Below, piece after piece: positions 1 to 12,300 of a DNA stretch of 64,000 nt. The notes under the pieces were generated by a model that was not told the DNA's origin, ran no database searches, and saw only the letters and a list, made by a program, of their open reading frames with translations. This stretch comes from Mytilus californianus (Eukaryota), in contig NW_026262690.1 in assembly GCF_021869535.1 (NCBI RefSeq), forward strand, positions 80,104,001 through 80,168,000, given 5' to 3'. Every line of letters starts with the position of its first letter. Position 1 is the stretch's first letter. The translations under genes were made by a program, and so were the position numbers.

Positions 1-519
1 AAAGAAATAACCTCGATCGGTATGAATTTGGATAATTTTGTTTTATATTAGATCAATGTAAACTGTAAATTTAAAACTGAGACATTGTGTGATTTACAAA
101 AGCTCTGTCAGTCTTGTGGGACAAGGGACAAAGTTTGTAATCAGAACTCTTTAAAAAATAATTTCCAATATAGAAACAATTTTGCTGTTACAGTGTCTGT
201 CTGTCTAATACAGATTTTGAAATAATAAAGAAAAACACAAAATTGCTGAACAGAAAATTGTCATATAAGTGTAATAAGAAGTCTTCTGATAATTATGATA
301 GAATTAAGTAGTCAAATTTTGATTGTGTTTTTGATCTTGGTCAGATTTTCTCTCTCTGTTATCAATACTTTTTTATTTACCCTTATGTGTTTTTTTAACC
401 AAGGTGGTCATGTTACAAGATGTTGGTTGATTTGCAGAAACAAACAAAACACAAACTTTATTCTACAATTCCTTGAGCATCATTCAATCAAGTTTGGTTA
501 AAATTGGTGCAGTAGTTTA

Positions 520-1080
520 AGATTAAGTTGATGGATGCCAATTGATGAGAATTTTAAATGGCACAAAGAGAGGTAAAAAAGTACTTTGTAACCAGCTTTT
601 TACAGAAATATTATTTGTAAAGCCAGCAGTAAGTTTATGAATTGTTCTTTTAAAAAATCTGTCTTTTTTTTTTTGCTTAATAGACTTATTGATGAAGGTT
701 ATCATACTGTTGTTGTCCAATCACTGCTTCTGGTATTTTTTGGGGATTAACATCAATTCCTAGTATAAAGTTTGAATAAAATAGAAAATGTTTCTTTCGT
801 TTTTGTTATGCATTCAAATTCTTTTGTTTATTTTGAACATTGCATGTAATCATGTCTTCTTTGAAGTGTTTATGAAATCTCCTACAAACTTGCTTTCAGT
901 AACTACAAGCATTCTTTGAGATGCAGTAGCTTCAAGCAAATTTTTTTTTGGTCATGGAACTTTTTCCAGATATGCTTGTTATGGTCCCACCAATGCTCAC
1001 TCCACATCACAATCATTCAATTTTTAGCACAGGATAGTTCTTTTGTCAGATATGCTTATCCCTTGTTAATTAACTCCAAA
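520..1080 (-). pseudogene. Possible highly decayed LINE (CR1/L2-like) ORF2 remnant
   Basis: Minus-strand translation with stops and frameshifts gives ...EKVP*PKK... and ...SIKQKKKDRFFKRTIHKLTAGFTNNISVKSW.... This resembles the basic linker between endonuclease and RT of non-LTR ORF2. Weak pattern recognition only. Confidence 0.25.
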
Positions 1081-1387
1081 TAAAGAGGTAATCAGGAAGG
1101 ACATGTTATAAAAAATCATATTTTTTCCAGATTATATGGATTGCACCCCTGCCTGAATTGCCTCAGCAGGACATCAAGGGAAAGACAGATGTTAAAGGAT
1201 GCCACTTGAAAGAGACCCCCTCTCAAAACTCCTTGGATCCGCCACTGATATGGTATTATTTTGTTTATACTTGTCTTTTAATACCTATTGCACTGTTATT
1301 CTGAAGTTAAGTGCTTTTCCTGCATTGATTTTTTTTTGTATTTTCTTTTATGTACCTTTTGTTAGCTATAGTCCATTGATCAAAATT

Positions 1388-2394
1388 AAATAGAGGCTCT
1401 AAAGAGCCTGTGTCTATGTGCATATTCAACAAAGGACACTCTCCCAACATGTTAAGACAAAAATAGAATTCATGAAAAAAATCTCTTTTTTGTTGATCTT
1501 GTTAATGCTGATAATTTTGTCTGTTTAATTTCTCTCCATCTTCTATAGTTTTTGCCCAAACCACAAAAGAGGGTGAAAAAAAATCCTCATTTAAGGGCAA
1601 TAACTCCTATAAAGAGTGACAGTCTACTAACTATATTGGCAAAATTTGACTTTTTGGTAGATCATTTTTGTTATTTAAAGTTTTTATATATCCATTATAA
1701 TTTTTATCATATAAGGCAAAACACAAAAAAAATGGCATAAATCATAAAAGGCAATAACTCTAATAAGGAGTCATCGGACAATTTACTCCATATTGTCTTA
1801 ATTATAGATCTTGTCTTGCTGATCACTTTCACTTATTTAAATTTCTATCTATCTATCGTCATCAAAGGGCATAACTCTAATAGGAGTTGACTGACGATTT
1901 CGACAATGGGGGGACTTATTTGTAGATCTTGTCTTGCTGATCATTTTTGCAATTTAAAATTTTTCTCTATCTATTATAGTTTCAAGATAATAGGCAAAAA
2001 TGAAAAAATTGATAAAATTTGTTATTTAAGGGCAATAACTCCTATTAGAAGTCGCCTGACAGTTTTGACATAAATGGACAATTGGTAGAGCTGAACACAT
2101 TTCTGCCTCTGTCAGATTTTCTCTATAACAGTTTTTCAAAATAATAGACAAAACTTGCATTTTTAAGTTTACCCCTATGTTCTATATTTACCCATGTTGG
2201 CCTTCTTGGTTGGCAGGCAGGGTCATTGGTCACATTTTTTAAACTAAATGCCCCAATGATGATTGTAGCCAAGTTTGGTTAAATTTGGTCCTGTAGTTTC
2301 AGAGAAGATTTTGTAAAAGTTAACAGACAACGAAAACAGGTGCCAAGTGATGAGAAAAGATCACTTAGACCTTTGGGCCAGGTGAGCTAAAAAG
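1388..2394 (-). mobile_element. Non-autonomous Helentron-like (HINE/DINE-1-type) element
   Basis: The minus strand begins ttttagctcacctggcccaaagg. Internal degenerate repeats contain aagggcaataactcctat and gatcttgtcttgctgatcatttt. A related copy with the same end and repeat motifs lies at ~41230-42621. Confidence 0.55.
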
Positions 2395-2587
2395 GGGGAA
2401 AGTTCAGATCTCAAAAATAAACCATTCACATATTCAATGTTTTTAGACTGTGTTGACCTCTAGATGACTTTTGGGTTATATTTGTATTACTGGAGAGCTT
2501 TCTCATTGTCCTATACCAAACAACTCCTAATTATTCAACATAATAAGTTGCATAGACAGTAAAAATTTAAACCACAATATAAAGATT

Positions 2588-5500
2588 TTATTGAGTTTTT
2601 ATTTTCTTTTTCACAGGCTTCTGTTCTTTACTTCTCTTAGGTTTATCTGTAAGACATTCCTGAATAAACTTTCTGATAACACAATCTATTTCTAGTACTA
2701 TTTCTTCACTGGGTTTTCCCTTTATTTCAAGTCCATGATTTCCTCCTTCAATCCAGTGCACCTGACATTTGGTCATGTGATCAAGGATAGGTAAAAACAA
2801 CTCCCTGTCACACATATTATCATCTGTTCCACTAACAAAAAGGACTGGCTTTGTGACATCATAAAGTGGACCATCTCGTAACTGTTTGAAGTCATTAGGT
2901 TTATGTAAAGGATATGATAAACATATGACACCTTGTAAAAGATCGGTCATCGTAGGATCACAACAAACACCAACAGCTGCCCTTGATCCCATGGAACGTC
3001 CTGAAACCAATTAATGTATACAATTATAATGACTCTGCCCTATTTTATCTAAGCTTATCAAAATATATGTAAATATAATATATAGATGACATTGATTCAC
3101 ATGGCTAATTATATAAGAACGTGATAAAAGATAAATAAATTATACAGCATGTTTATTGTTGACCTATTCTTTCTGAGTTTTGTACAAGAAATAAAAATAT
3201 ATCATTCAGGAACACAGCATGGGAATTGTTTTGTGTACCGGTTATACAAGTTATGATCTAAGGACAAAATTAAAAACATTTGGTTTACTGTAAAGTTATT
3301 GACCCTTCAAATATAGGGGTTATACTAAGTTTTGCTAGTTTTAAAAATTAGTTGTAAGATTGCATTAAACAATAAAAAATAATTTCTAAGACTATTCAAA
3401 AAATAAGAAGATCTGAAGAGTCAGATTTGCTGACCTAGCAAAACTCCATAGTCATACTCCACATAACTTTTTATAAAATGGTACATGTATCATTTTTTTC
3501 ATTTTAATAATTCATATGCATTTTATTATATACACAGGTTTCTTGGGGTAATATTAATTTTTCTATCATAATTATGTTGGTATTGTAAAAAATAGTAAAT
3601 ATTATGACAGAATGAAAATTAATCAGCTATATATATGTATATACAAATGTAATCTTGAGTTTACGAAAATAAACATATAAAATCAGGTCATAAGTTTTCT
3701 CGTTTGAATTGTTTTACGTTTTTCATTTCTAGGCCTTTTATAGCTTGCTATGCGGTATGGGTTTTGCTCATTGATGAAGGCGATAAGGTGACCTATAGTT
3801 GCTAATGTCTACATCTTTTGGTCTCTGGTGGAAAGTAGTCTCATTGGCTATCATACCACATCTTCTTAATTACATATAGTCCTTTTTGTTTCTTTTATAT
3901 AATAATTTTAAAATGCCAAAAAAATCATTTTGTTATATCACTAACACCTTCCGTTGAAATTTGGAGGATTTTACTTGTACTAAGCTGAACAACATTAAGT
4001 TTTTTTACAACTAAAAATTACAATACATGACACTTTAAATCTGTGAAACTTACCTCCAATAAAGCATCCCTTTAGATGAGGATATTTCTCCTTTACATAG
4101 TCCTGAAATATACAAACTTCATTTAGCCATGTTAGCTGACAAAACCTTTTCCCTCTTTTACACCAAGTTATGAGTTATCTCCCATCAGAATACAGAACAA
4201 AAGTCACTGTTCAGTTTTGAGGTAATTTTTTCTTTGATTAACAAAAGATTTAATTTTTTAAACCATTTTTGTCTGATTCTTGCATTTACTTAATATTTTA
4301 AGCAAAACTTGTTAAAATTTAATAATGATGGAATAACTGTTAAAAACAAGTTGTCAAAGTGGCTTAATTGACTGGCTAATCATGGTGCCAAAAAACATAT
4401 CCATAATGGCATTGCACGATTTTCATATAACAAATACTAATTAACTTTGTTCCTAGACTAAATAATTAAATTATGACTTTTTGTCCTATCAACTTTGTGA
4501 GTTTCTGTCCATTTTAATACCAGTATCTTTACACAGTTCAAACATGTATGGCAATTTTGAAAAAAAAACAAAAACTCAAATATTTCAATCCATATATCAT
4601 GTATACTACAAATAAGAAATACAGTAATAATATTGTACATCTATCAATATGTAGTCTGTTTTATAAGCTGTATGCATGTATGTAGATCCAAAAATGTTTT
4701 TGAAATCTGAATAAAATACACTATATATAGTTAAATAAACTTTTTCTTATTGCAGAAATTTCATGAAAGTAGGGGCCTCGGTGGCCGAGTGGTCTAAGTA
4801 GTCGAACTACTGTATCACTAGCCAGTCAACACTGATGTTGTCAGTTCGAATCCTGTACGGGGCAAGTGCACTGGACTCCAATCTTAATCGACTAGGATTG
4901 TCAGTTTTCCTACCTAAGGTCGGTGGTTCTCTCCAGGCACTCCGGCTTCCTCCACCAATAAAAACTGACTGCCAAGAAATAGCACAATATTGTTGAAAGT
5001 GGCTTTGAGCACCAATCAATGATGAAAGTAACGTTTTACCGGTAACTTTCAAATTATACAGAAAATATAAACTTTTAAATGTCCATTTATAATTTTGAAA
5101 AAAACTTAAAAATCTTTACCACTATTCCTGTAAACACTTTAATCCTATAGCCAAGGTTCAATCCTTTACAGGTAAAACGTAAGACTAAATATCCTGCTTC
5201 AGCTAATTTCTCTGCTATACAAACTAGCTGTTTATGGTTCATGTCCCCTCCAGCACCATGTGTAAGTATAATTCCATAGCAAATCTTAGCAGGATCATTG
5301 TAATAAGTCAGACAGGCTTCATACTTCTTCTTTCCCAATTCTATTTCAATACATCTGTAATGCATGGCATATCTTATGTAAATAAAAATGGATTCTGCCC
5401 AGCAGTTTTATCTGCTGGTGGTCACAGTGCATTGCAACTTGGAGGTTGGGATTTACTGCTGAAAAACAATTACATTAACTTGAAATTTAGTTGTTATTTG

Positions 5501-6198
5501 CAATCATTTGAGCACTATAGAAATACACTTAGAAAAAAATATTAGAGCTCACAAATTCATACCTCAACTATTGCATAACAGAAATATGTGTCCATATTAG
5601 GAAGAGCCCAATGGCATTAATTATGTATTAAAGATTCCATAATGTTTGACTGAAATCCAGTCAGCAATTTAAGAGAGGTTGCAGATTCAAGGTAACAATC
5701 CCTTATAACCTACAGGACAAAGTCCATGACATGCTAATGCTGTGGGATTGATTGATTTTCGGTTGCTTAACATCCAGTGGCAAATATTTCATGCATGTTC
5801 AAGACGAGATAAAATTAGGGTATATTGGAAAGGGACAGAAATTTTGCCTTGCAACTGGCCACCTATACGGACCAGTCAATAAGGGTTGTTGCAAGGGATC
5901 TTAGCAAGCCGAGAGCGAGGCATCAGATTAAATGTTCCCATTCTGACCAGACAGTAATGCTGTGGGAAACTCAAAGTTCTTAATCAACTAATTGAAGTTT
6001 CTGAGTATGTTTCTTGCGCAAATGTTGGAATGTCACTGTATATTTTCGGTTCCTGCTTCATGTACAGCAGCAAAGCCTATGATTTGACGACTGGCAGTAA
6101 ACATATTTGATTTCAGTAGAAGTGAATACTTTTTGTCGAAGAATAAAAATATATCACCTATCATAAAGCAGCTTTCTCTCAACTTGGTTTCCCGCCAT
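2588..6198 (-). CDS. TEX30: TEX30/KANL3-type alpha/beta hydrolase, 245 aa, 4 exons
   Basis: complement(join(2588..3000,4054..4102,5120..5354,6158..6198)). All introns are GT-AG and phases 2,0,1 chain correctly (41+235+49+413=738 nt). The protein starts MAGNQVERKLLYDRCIEIELG. Motifs: ILTHGAGGDM, nucleophile elbow GGRSMG (split by intron 3), LSYPLH, SGTDD (acid), EGGNHG (His). Confidence 0.85.
3690..3868 (+). repeat. 3' part of an abundant SINE-like interspersed repeat
   Basis: Ends gtctcattggctatcataccacatcttctt. It is the reverse complement of the longer copy at 36048-36300. Short terminal fragments also occur near 2490, 13300, 25215, 35840, 39480 and 60890. Confidence 0.65.
4772..5021 (+). 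mobile_element. tRNA-derived SINE with V-type central domain
   Basis: A box ggtggccgagtggtctaag, B box gttcgaatcc, central ggttctctccaggcactccggcttcctccacca, (caat)n tail. 9-bp TSD atgaaagta at 4763-4771 and 5022-5030. Lies in TEX30 intron 2. Confidence 0.85.
5752..5935. repeat. Interspersed repeat (SINE-like)
   Basis: Shares catccagtggcaaatatttcatgca and gcagaaattttgccttgcaac with 10040-10330 and a fragment near 60945. Confidence 0.5.
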
Positions 6199-6382
6199 AT
6201 TTCTTCTTTGTGAAAAGTCTCGATAACTCCCGAATGTACTTAACTGGTATCGATATTTTTTTGCTAGCTCTCTGATTGGAACAGAATCCACGTGACAGAA
6301 TCATAATCATGTGATGTTATTGCTGTAAACAAAAAGAAAGTACAACAGTCAGTTTACATTTTTACAACTAGAAGCGACAAGA
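6199..6382. promoter_or_regulatory. Bidirectional promoter between TEX30 and legumain
   Basis: Divergent ATGs at 6198 (-) and 6383 (+). Contains inverted CCAAT (attgg 6275-6279), CLEAR-like E-box ccacgtgac (6288-6296) and M-box tcatgtga (6307-6314). Confidence 0.7.
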
Positions 6383-9300
6383 ATGCATGTTTTTCTGGTT
6401 TGTGTTTGTTTGACAGGGATAGTCCTTGGCATACCACATAATTTTGAACTTCCTAAACTGAAAGACGACGGAGTTCACTGGGCTTTGTTAGTTGCAGGCT
6501 CAAATGGATGGATGAACTACAGACACCAGGTGAGACGCAAATTGAAAGTTTCTAAATTTTCAATGAAATCTACTGTTTTTCTTTTTCCTCAAGGTTCTAT
6601 TTATGTTTATATTTAGAATTTCATTGCTATAAGATTTTGAAGGCCACATGTACTATTTTTTAATGAATTTTAAAAAGGCCTTTTAAAAATGCTTAAATTT
6701 ATAATTAACTCTGCTGTCTGATAATAATTTATGCTTCATATAATTTATAAAAAGTCTGTGAATTGTAATTAATAAGTAAAATTAGTATGTACATATACAG
6801 TTGATGTGCACTTGTTCAAGATGTTGGCATTGATGTCTATAGGGACATGAGGGATATAAATATAAGTTCATAATGGTTAGCAGTACGTACAGTTCTGAGA
6901 GTGTAATATATTTGAGGTTTTTTTTTGCCCCCCCCCCCCCCCCCCCCCTTTCTTTTTGATTAATGAAAATGAATTATCATATCTATATATTTTAACAACA
7001 AGTGCTATCTTTTTTTAACAAAGTAATAATTGATCCATTCTTGTCAAGATGTATCTTAATTATGCTTAATTACTTGATTAAATGAAAAGTTATCTTTAAA
7101 GTATAATTTTACACACCTTACACTGATAATTTTATCGATATTAAATTAGACAGGATACTTTAGAAGATTATTTTATCTATAACAATTTCTTTCTTGGCTC
7201 ATGTCATACTCATGACTTGGCATGTGATTAAATGAAAGTACATGGAATATGTCATGTGATCAAAATGTGATTTAATAAATTTATTCATCATGTTCATGAA
7301 CGATTTTAAAGAATCTACATCCTGATTTAGTCATATGCTTGAGCTTAGAATAAATGTTACCATTTAATTGGACAAAAAATATAAATATGTTGAGTTATTA
7401 AAATATGAATATATAGAGATGTGGGGATACATGTGAATGAGTCAGAAACCCAACAGCACAAGTATTACATGAATATATATACACAAAAGTTTTGATATAC
7501 ATTGTACAAGTATTAATTAACTTTTAATTATTTATACTAACAGTAAACACCATTGTCCTGTTTTTCATAATCCTTAGGCTATTATTAAAATTCAAAGCAA
7601 CAGATGCTAGTGCAATATTTTCTGTCATATGACTTTATCTATGATCTAAATACCCAAGGCAAATTCATACTTTTAGAGTAACATGCCTATGAATCAACAG
7701 ACCAGTGCTACAGACATGACAGATGTGCAAAAAAAATGTTTAGAAGATAGCAAAATACATTGAATGCATGTATGGATAAAACTATTTGTCAAACGACAAT
7801 ACAAGTTTTCTTTGATACAGCTTTAAATCATGTTAATCTTTTTATTGTTTGACTTCTAGAAGTTGTTGGGTTGATGTCTGGTAACATATACCCCATGATT
7901 TCTCCTATTCATTCACATGAACTTCATGTACACACAATGATGTATATAAAGATGTAATTTTATGAATTTCATGTATCTTGAATAAAATTACAACATATAT
8001 GCTAATTAACAACATATGCTCTTTAAATGAAATACACTGTATAGTAGTACAATAGATCCTGTTAACCCTGAACCCTTAGTGTAAATTTGAAAATTGTATA
8101 TCGCATGTTACACATGATAGAGTAAGGACATTTAGTACATGTAAAAGTTATTTATCTTGTACATGTATTTTCTTTTATGTATCTATTCTTATTTGTTTTA
8201 AAAAAATTAATAAGGGCAGATGAAATTAAAAAAAAAAAAACAAGTTTTAATTACCCAAGTTCAATTAATATGTCGGTCTCAGACAAAGAACCTATCTAGG
8301 TGTTGTCTTGAATTGTAATTTATTGGGTTGCATTCTTATTAATGTATGCAAATGAATGTACCTACATCATCTTTTATGCAGATTCTCTCGTATTAATTTC
8401 TTATGGAAACAAAGTAAAAATAAAAGATGTCTTTTCATGGAATATTTTTGTGATTAGTAGTGACAAAGTCAAATACAATGTACTTTTAAAAGGTGTATAT
8501 ATAGAGAATATTATATGGCTTTTTCAATATCACATCCGTATCAACCCGAGACACCAATATAATCCCAAGAGCTCTGCTCGAGGGATTTTATTGGTTGAGG
8601 GTTGATACAGTGTGTGATATTTAAAAAGCCATATCATATACACTTTATTGTATATCTCAAGTAGATGTTTTTTCATGTGACGTTTGCAACGGTGACTGAT
8701 GTCGATGACGTGATGTCATACAGATTAAGGGCGTGATAAAGCCTTTGCAACCGTGACTGATATCGATGTCATCATGGATGGCTGATACAGCATGATGCCA
8801 TTGATCGTATTACACATACAATAATAAAAACCAAACACATATTTATCAAAAATATATGTCAGATACCAATAGTCTATTGGACATACGATGTCAACTATAA
8901 ACCCTTGCTAACACTACAGAGCTGATTAGGGGTACACATATATGTCATTCAAGGGAATCAAATATAAATACATAATTATATATATTGACAATTTAAATAG
9001 AGCTATTTTTAGGAGCTCTGAGCTTTGAAAGTTAAAATACACCTAGTCTATAATGATTTGAGTAACTTAAAAAAAATGAGACTTACTGTGGACTAAATTC
9101 AGCTTCAGCAGGTTTCTGTTCGAGAATTTGAAGTTTATTTGAATTGTACATGTATTTAGAAAATTTCACATGCATCTATGATTGTGATTTAACTTTTTAA
9201 CCACAACCAAATTCCAGGTTCAGGAAATTTTCGAATTCTATACAATTAAAACTATTAAAGTTTGAAATGTCAGTTTGTATTTTTGGGAAACCTTATAATC

Positions 9301-12300
9301 TTGTTGCAATTTTGACATTTGTGTAACATTGATGAAAAATGATGAAAGAAAGTTTATGGAATGTAGTGTCCCAGTGGCATTATATTAAAGCCTGGCTTGC
9401 TGCTTTGTGAAAATTTCCCCAATTTCCTGTGAAGAAAAAAAATTCAAGCCAAGTCTGAAGCTGCTGGTCAGCTGGTGAAAAATTTTCAAGCCGTGGCTAA
9501 TATGTTTTAAACAATTTGAAAGCTTGAGGAGATTAGTAAATACATATATTTGTTTTAGGCTGATGTTTGCCATGCTTATCAAGTATTGAAGAATCATGGA
9601 TTACCAGATGAGAGGATTATTGTTATGATGGTTGATGATATAGCCAACAATAGAGAGTAAGACGTTTAATGATGTACTGTCAAATGCAGATTAACATGCT
9701 GTATTGGCAATAATGGCTAAAATATGCCAGGCCAACCTTAAAAAATTCTTTGTTTGAAGATGCCTACCCATGCCTATTAGGGTTGGGTAGGTAGGTAGGT
9801 ATTTTTTTTTTTTTTTTTGGCCAACAACATAAGTTACATGTTTTAGACAAGAAGACGACGTAAGAGCAGGAAATAAACTTAAGAAAAAATTTGAGATCAT
9901 TTGTGTCATAAAATTATTCGGGTAGGCTGATTTTTAGGTGGGTAGGTAGGCAACATCAAACAATCATAATTTTATTTTTGGCCCCATGCTGTTTAACAAT
10001 CTCATTATATCCTGCAGACCTTCATTATTATCGAATGATTTAATGATTGTTACTTGTTAAACATATATACAGTGATTAATATTTCATGAATATTCAGGAC
10101 AAGAAAAAATTAACAATTAATACACAATGTACAATAGTTTGATTTTTGCAAGGTACATGTAGGTCTACAAGATGAAAGGCAGAAAGTTTGGACTGCCACC
10201 AGAAAAAAATGTAGGATAATGGGGCAGAAATTTAGCCTTGCAACAGGCCATCTATGGGACCTTCACAGAGTTGTTGTAAGGTTTCCTAAGTGTGCAGATT
10301 TTGTTGCAACCACCCATTCTGACTGTACGTGACTGGTGTATAAATCCAGCACAGCCAAACAGACGCCCAACTTTAGCATGCGAGTTAAAAGCAATACAGG
10401 AGAATTCCACTTAGGAATGACCTTATTGTTATCACTCTTCCTCAGGTGTCATATGTTTCCCTGTGAATCAAGGTTATTGCTGGAGATTGATGGTAATAAT
10501 ACTAGGGTTGATGAGCTTTCATATTCATTGCCTGCATATACATGTATGGAATATAAAAAGAGATGTTTCAAATTCGATAAATTATTCACTACCTCCAGCT
10601 TCCCTGTGAAAACTCACCAATAGAGTTGCTTGCAGTTTTTTATACGACCGCAAAAAAAATTTTGTGGTCGTATATTGGTATGACGTTGGCGTCGTCGTCG
10701 TCGTCGTCGTCCGGCGTCGTCGTCGTCCGAATACACATTAGTTTTCGCACTCTAACTTTAGTTTGAGTGAATGGATCTCAATGAAATTTTACCATAAGGT
10801 TCAATACCACAAAAGGAAGGTGGGGATTGATTTTGGGGGTTGTGGTACTAACAGTTAAGGAATTAGGGGCCAAAAGGGGCCAAAAATAAGCATTTTTGTA
10901 ACTTCCAGACATAACTTGTGTGTAAATGTATGGATCTCTCTGACATTGTACCACAAGGTTCCATATCACAAAGGGAATGCTGGGATTGATTTTGGGGGTA
11001 ATTGCCTCCAAATTTTAGGAATTAGGGGCCAAAAAGGGGCAAAAAACAAGCATTTTTCTAGTTTCATGACAATATCTTGTTTGTAAGTGTATGGATCTTT
11101 ATGAAATTGTACTACAAGGTTCCATATCACAAAGGGAATACTGGGATTGATTTTTGGGGTAATTTCCTCCAAATTTTAGGAATTAGGGGCCAAAAAGGGG
11201 CAAAAAACAAGCATTTTTCTAGTTTCATGACAATAACTTGTTTGTAAGTGTATGGATCTTTATGAAATTGTACTACAAGGTTCCATATCACAAAGGGAAG
11301 GCTGGGATTGATTTTGGGGGTTTTCCCTCAAAATTTTAGTAATTAGGGGCCATAAAAGGGCAAAAAAAACATGCATTTTTCTAGTTTCAGGACAATAACT
11401 TGTGTGTAAGTGTATGGATCTTTATGAAATTGTACTGCAAGGTTCCATATCACAAAGGGAAAGCTGGAATTGAGTTTGGGGGTAATTGCCCTAAACGTTT
11501 AGGAATTTGGGGCCAAAAAGGGGCCAAAAAACAAGCATTTTTCTAGTTTCCAGACAATAACTTGTGTTCAAGTGTATGAATCTCTCTGAAATTGTACTGC
11601 AAGGTACCATACCACAAAGGGAAAGCTGGGATAGAGTTTGGGGGTGATGAATCATAAGGGGGTTCAAAAAATTGGGGGGGGGGGATTTTTTTTCCCTTTT
11701 TTTTCTTTTCCATTTTAAATTGGTTATTTCTGATTTATATATAAAAGCAAATAATAATGATATGGTTTGAATAGGCATACATGTGAACCTCCCGACGGGA
11801 GTACAATAATCCCGTTTTCAGGGGTCTCCTCCCGACCTCCCGTTGAAGAGGAAAAAATCCCGTGTATGAAATTTTTCATGAATGAAAAATTTCTGCCCAA
11901 CATATCATCTCATGCATCTGGTGTAACTGACATTACCTGAAGTTATATTTTACCTGTAAATCAATTAACATGCATAATTATATGGCTTCACTTGTCAGCT
12001 TTGGTGTCAAACATACAGGTAATCAACGATTTTTACCTCAGGCTAACTGCCGTTGTGTAACAAAAACTGTGTATTTATTGGGTTACTTCCCTTGATTTAT
12101 CCTGTTTTAAGTTACTTTCCTTTTCATAATGAAAATTTTTAAAAGAATATAAATAAAATATAAATTGAACAAATAATCATAAAAGGATGGTTATTAAATG
12201 ATTTTAAATGTCTTAGGACAAATAAAAAAATAATAATTTGAAAATTATTTGAGGATTCTATACTTCCTTTCAAGGCTTAAATTGAAATTTATATAATAAT

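Noticed and set aside
4772-4860. tRNA gene
   Set aside because: A and B boxes are present, but the sequence continues into a SINE body and tail, has a TSD and three copies, and forms no complete cloverleaf.
5234-5545. 103-aa plus-strand ORF
   Set aside because: It is an antisense shadow of TEX30 exon 2 with no recognisable motif.
10700-11640. Regular repeat arrays (also 22950-23860 and 37300-38950) as CRISPR arrays
   Set aside because: The units are contiguous ~161-bp monomers with no unique spacers, no cas genes are present, and the context is eukaryotic.
10778-11778. Repeated 62-118-aa ORFs in the track (10778, 10966, 11491, 22979, 23167, 23623, 23744, 37367, 38052, 38536, 38788) as a gene family
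   Set aside because: They are translations of the same non-coding tandem repeat in HINE elements.
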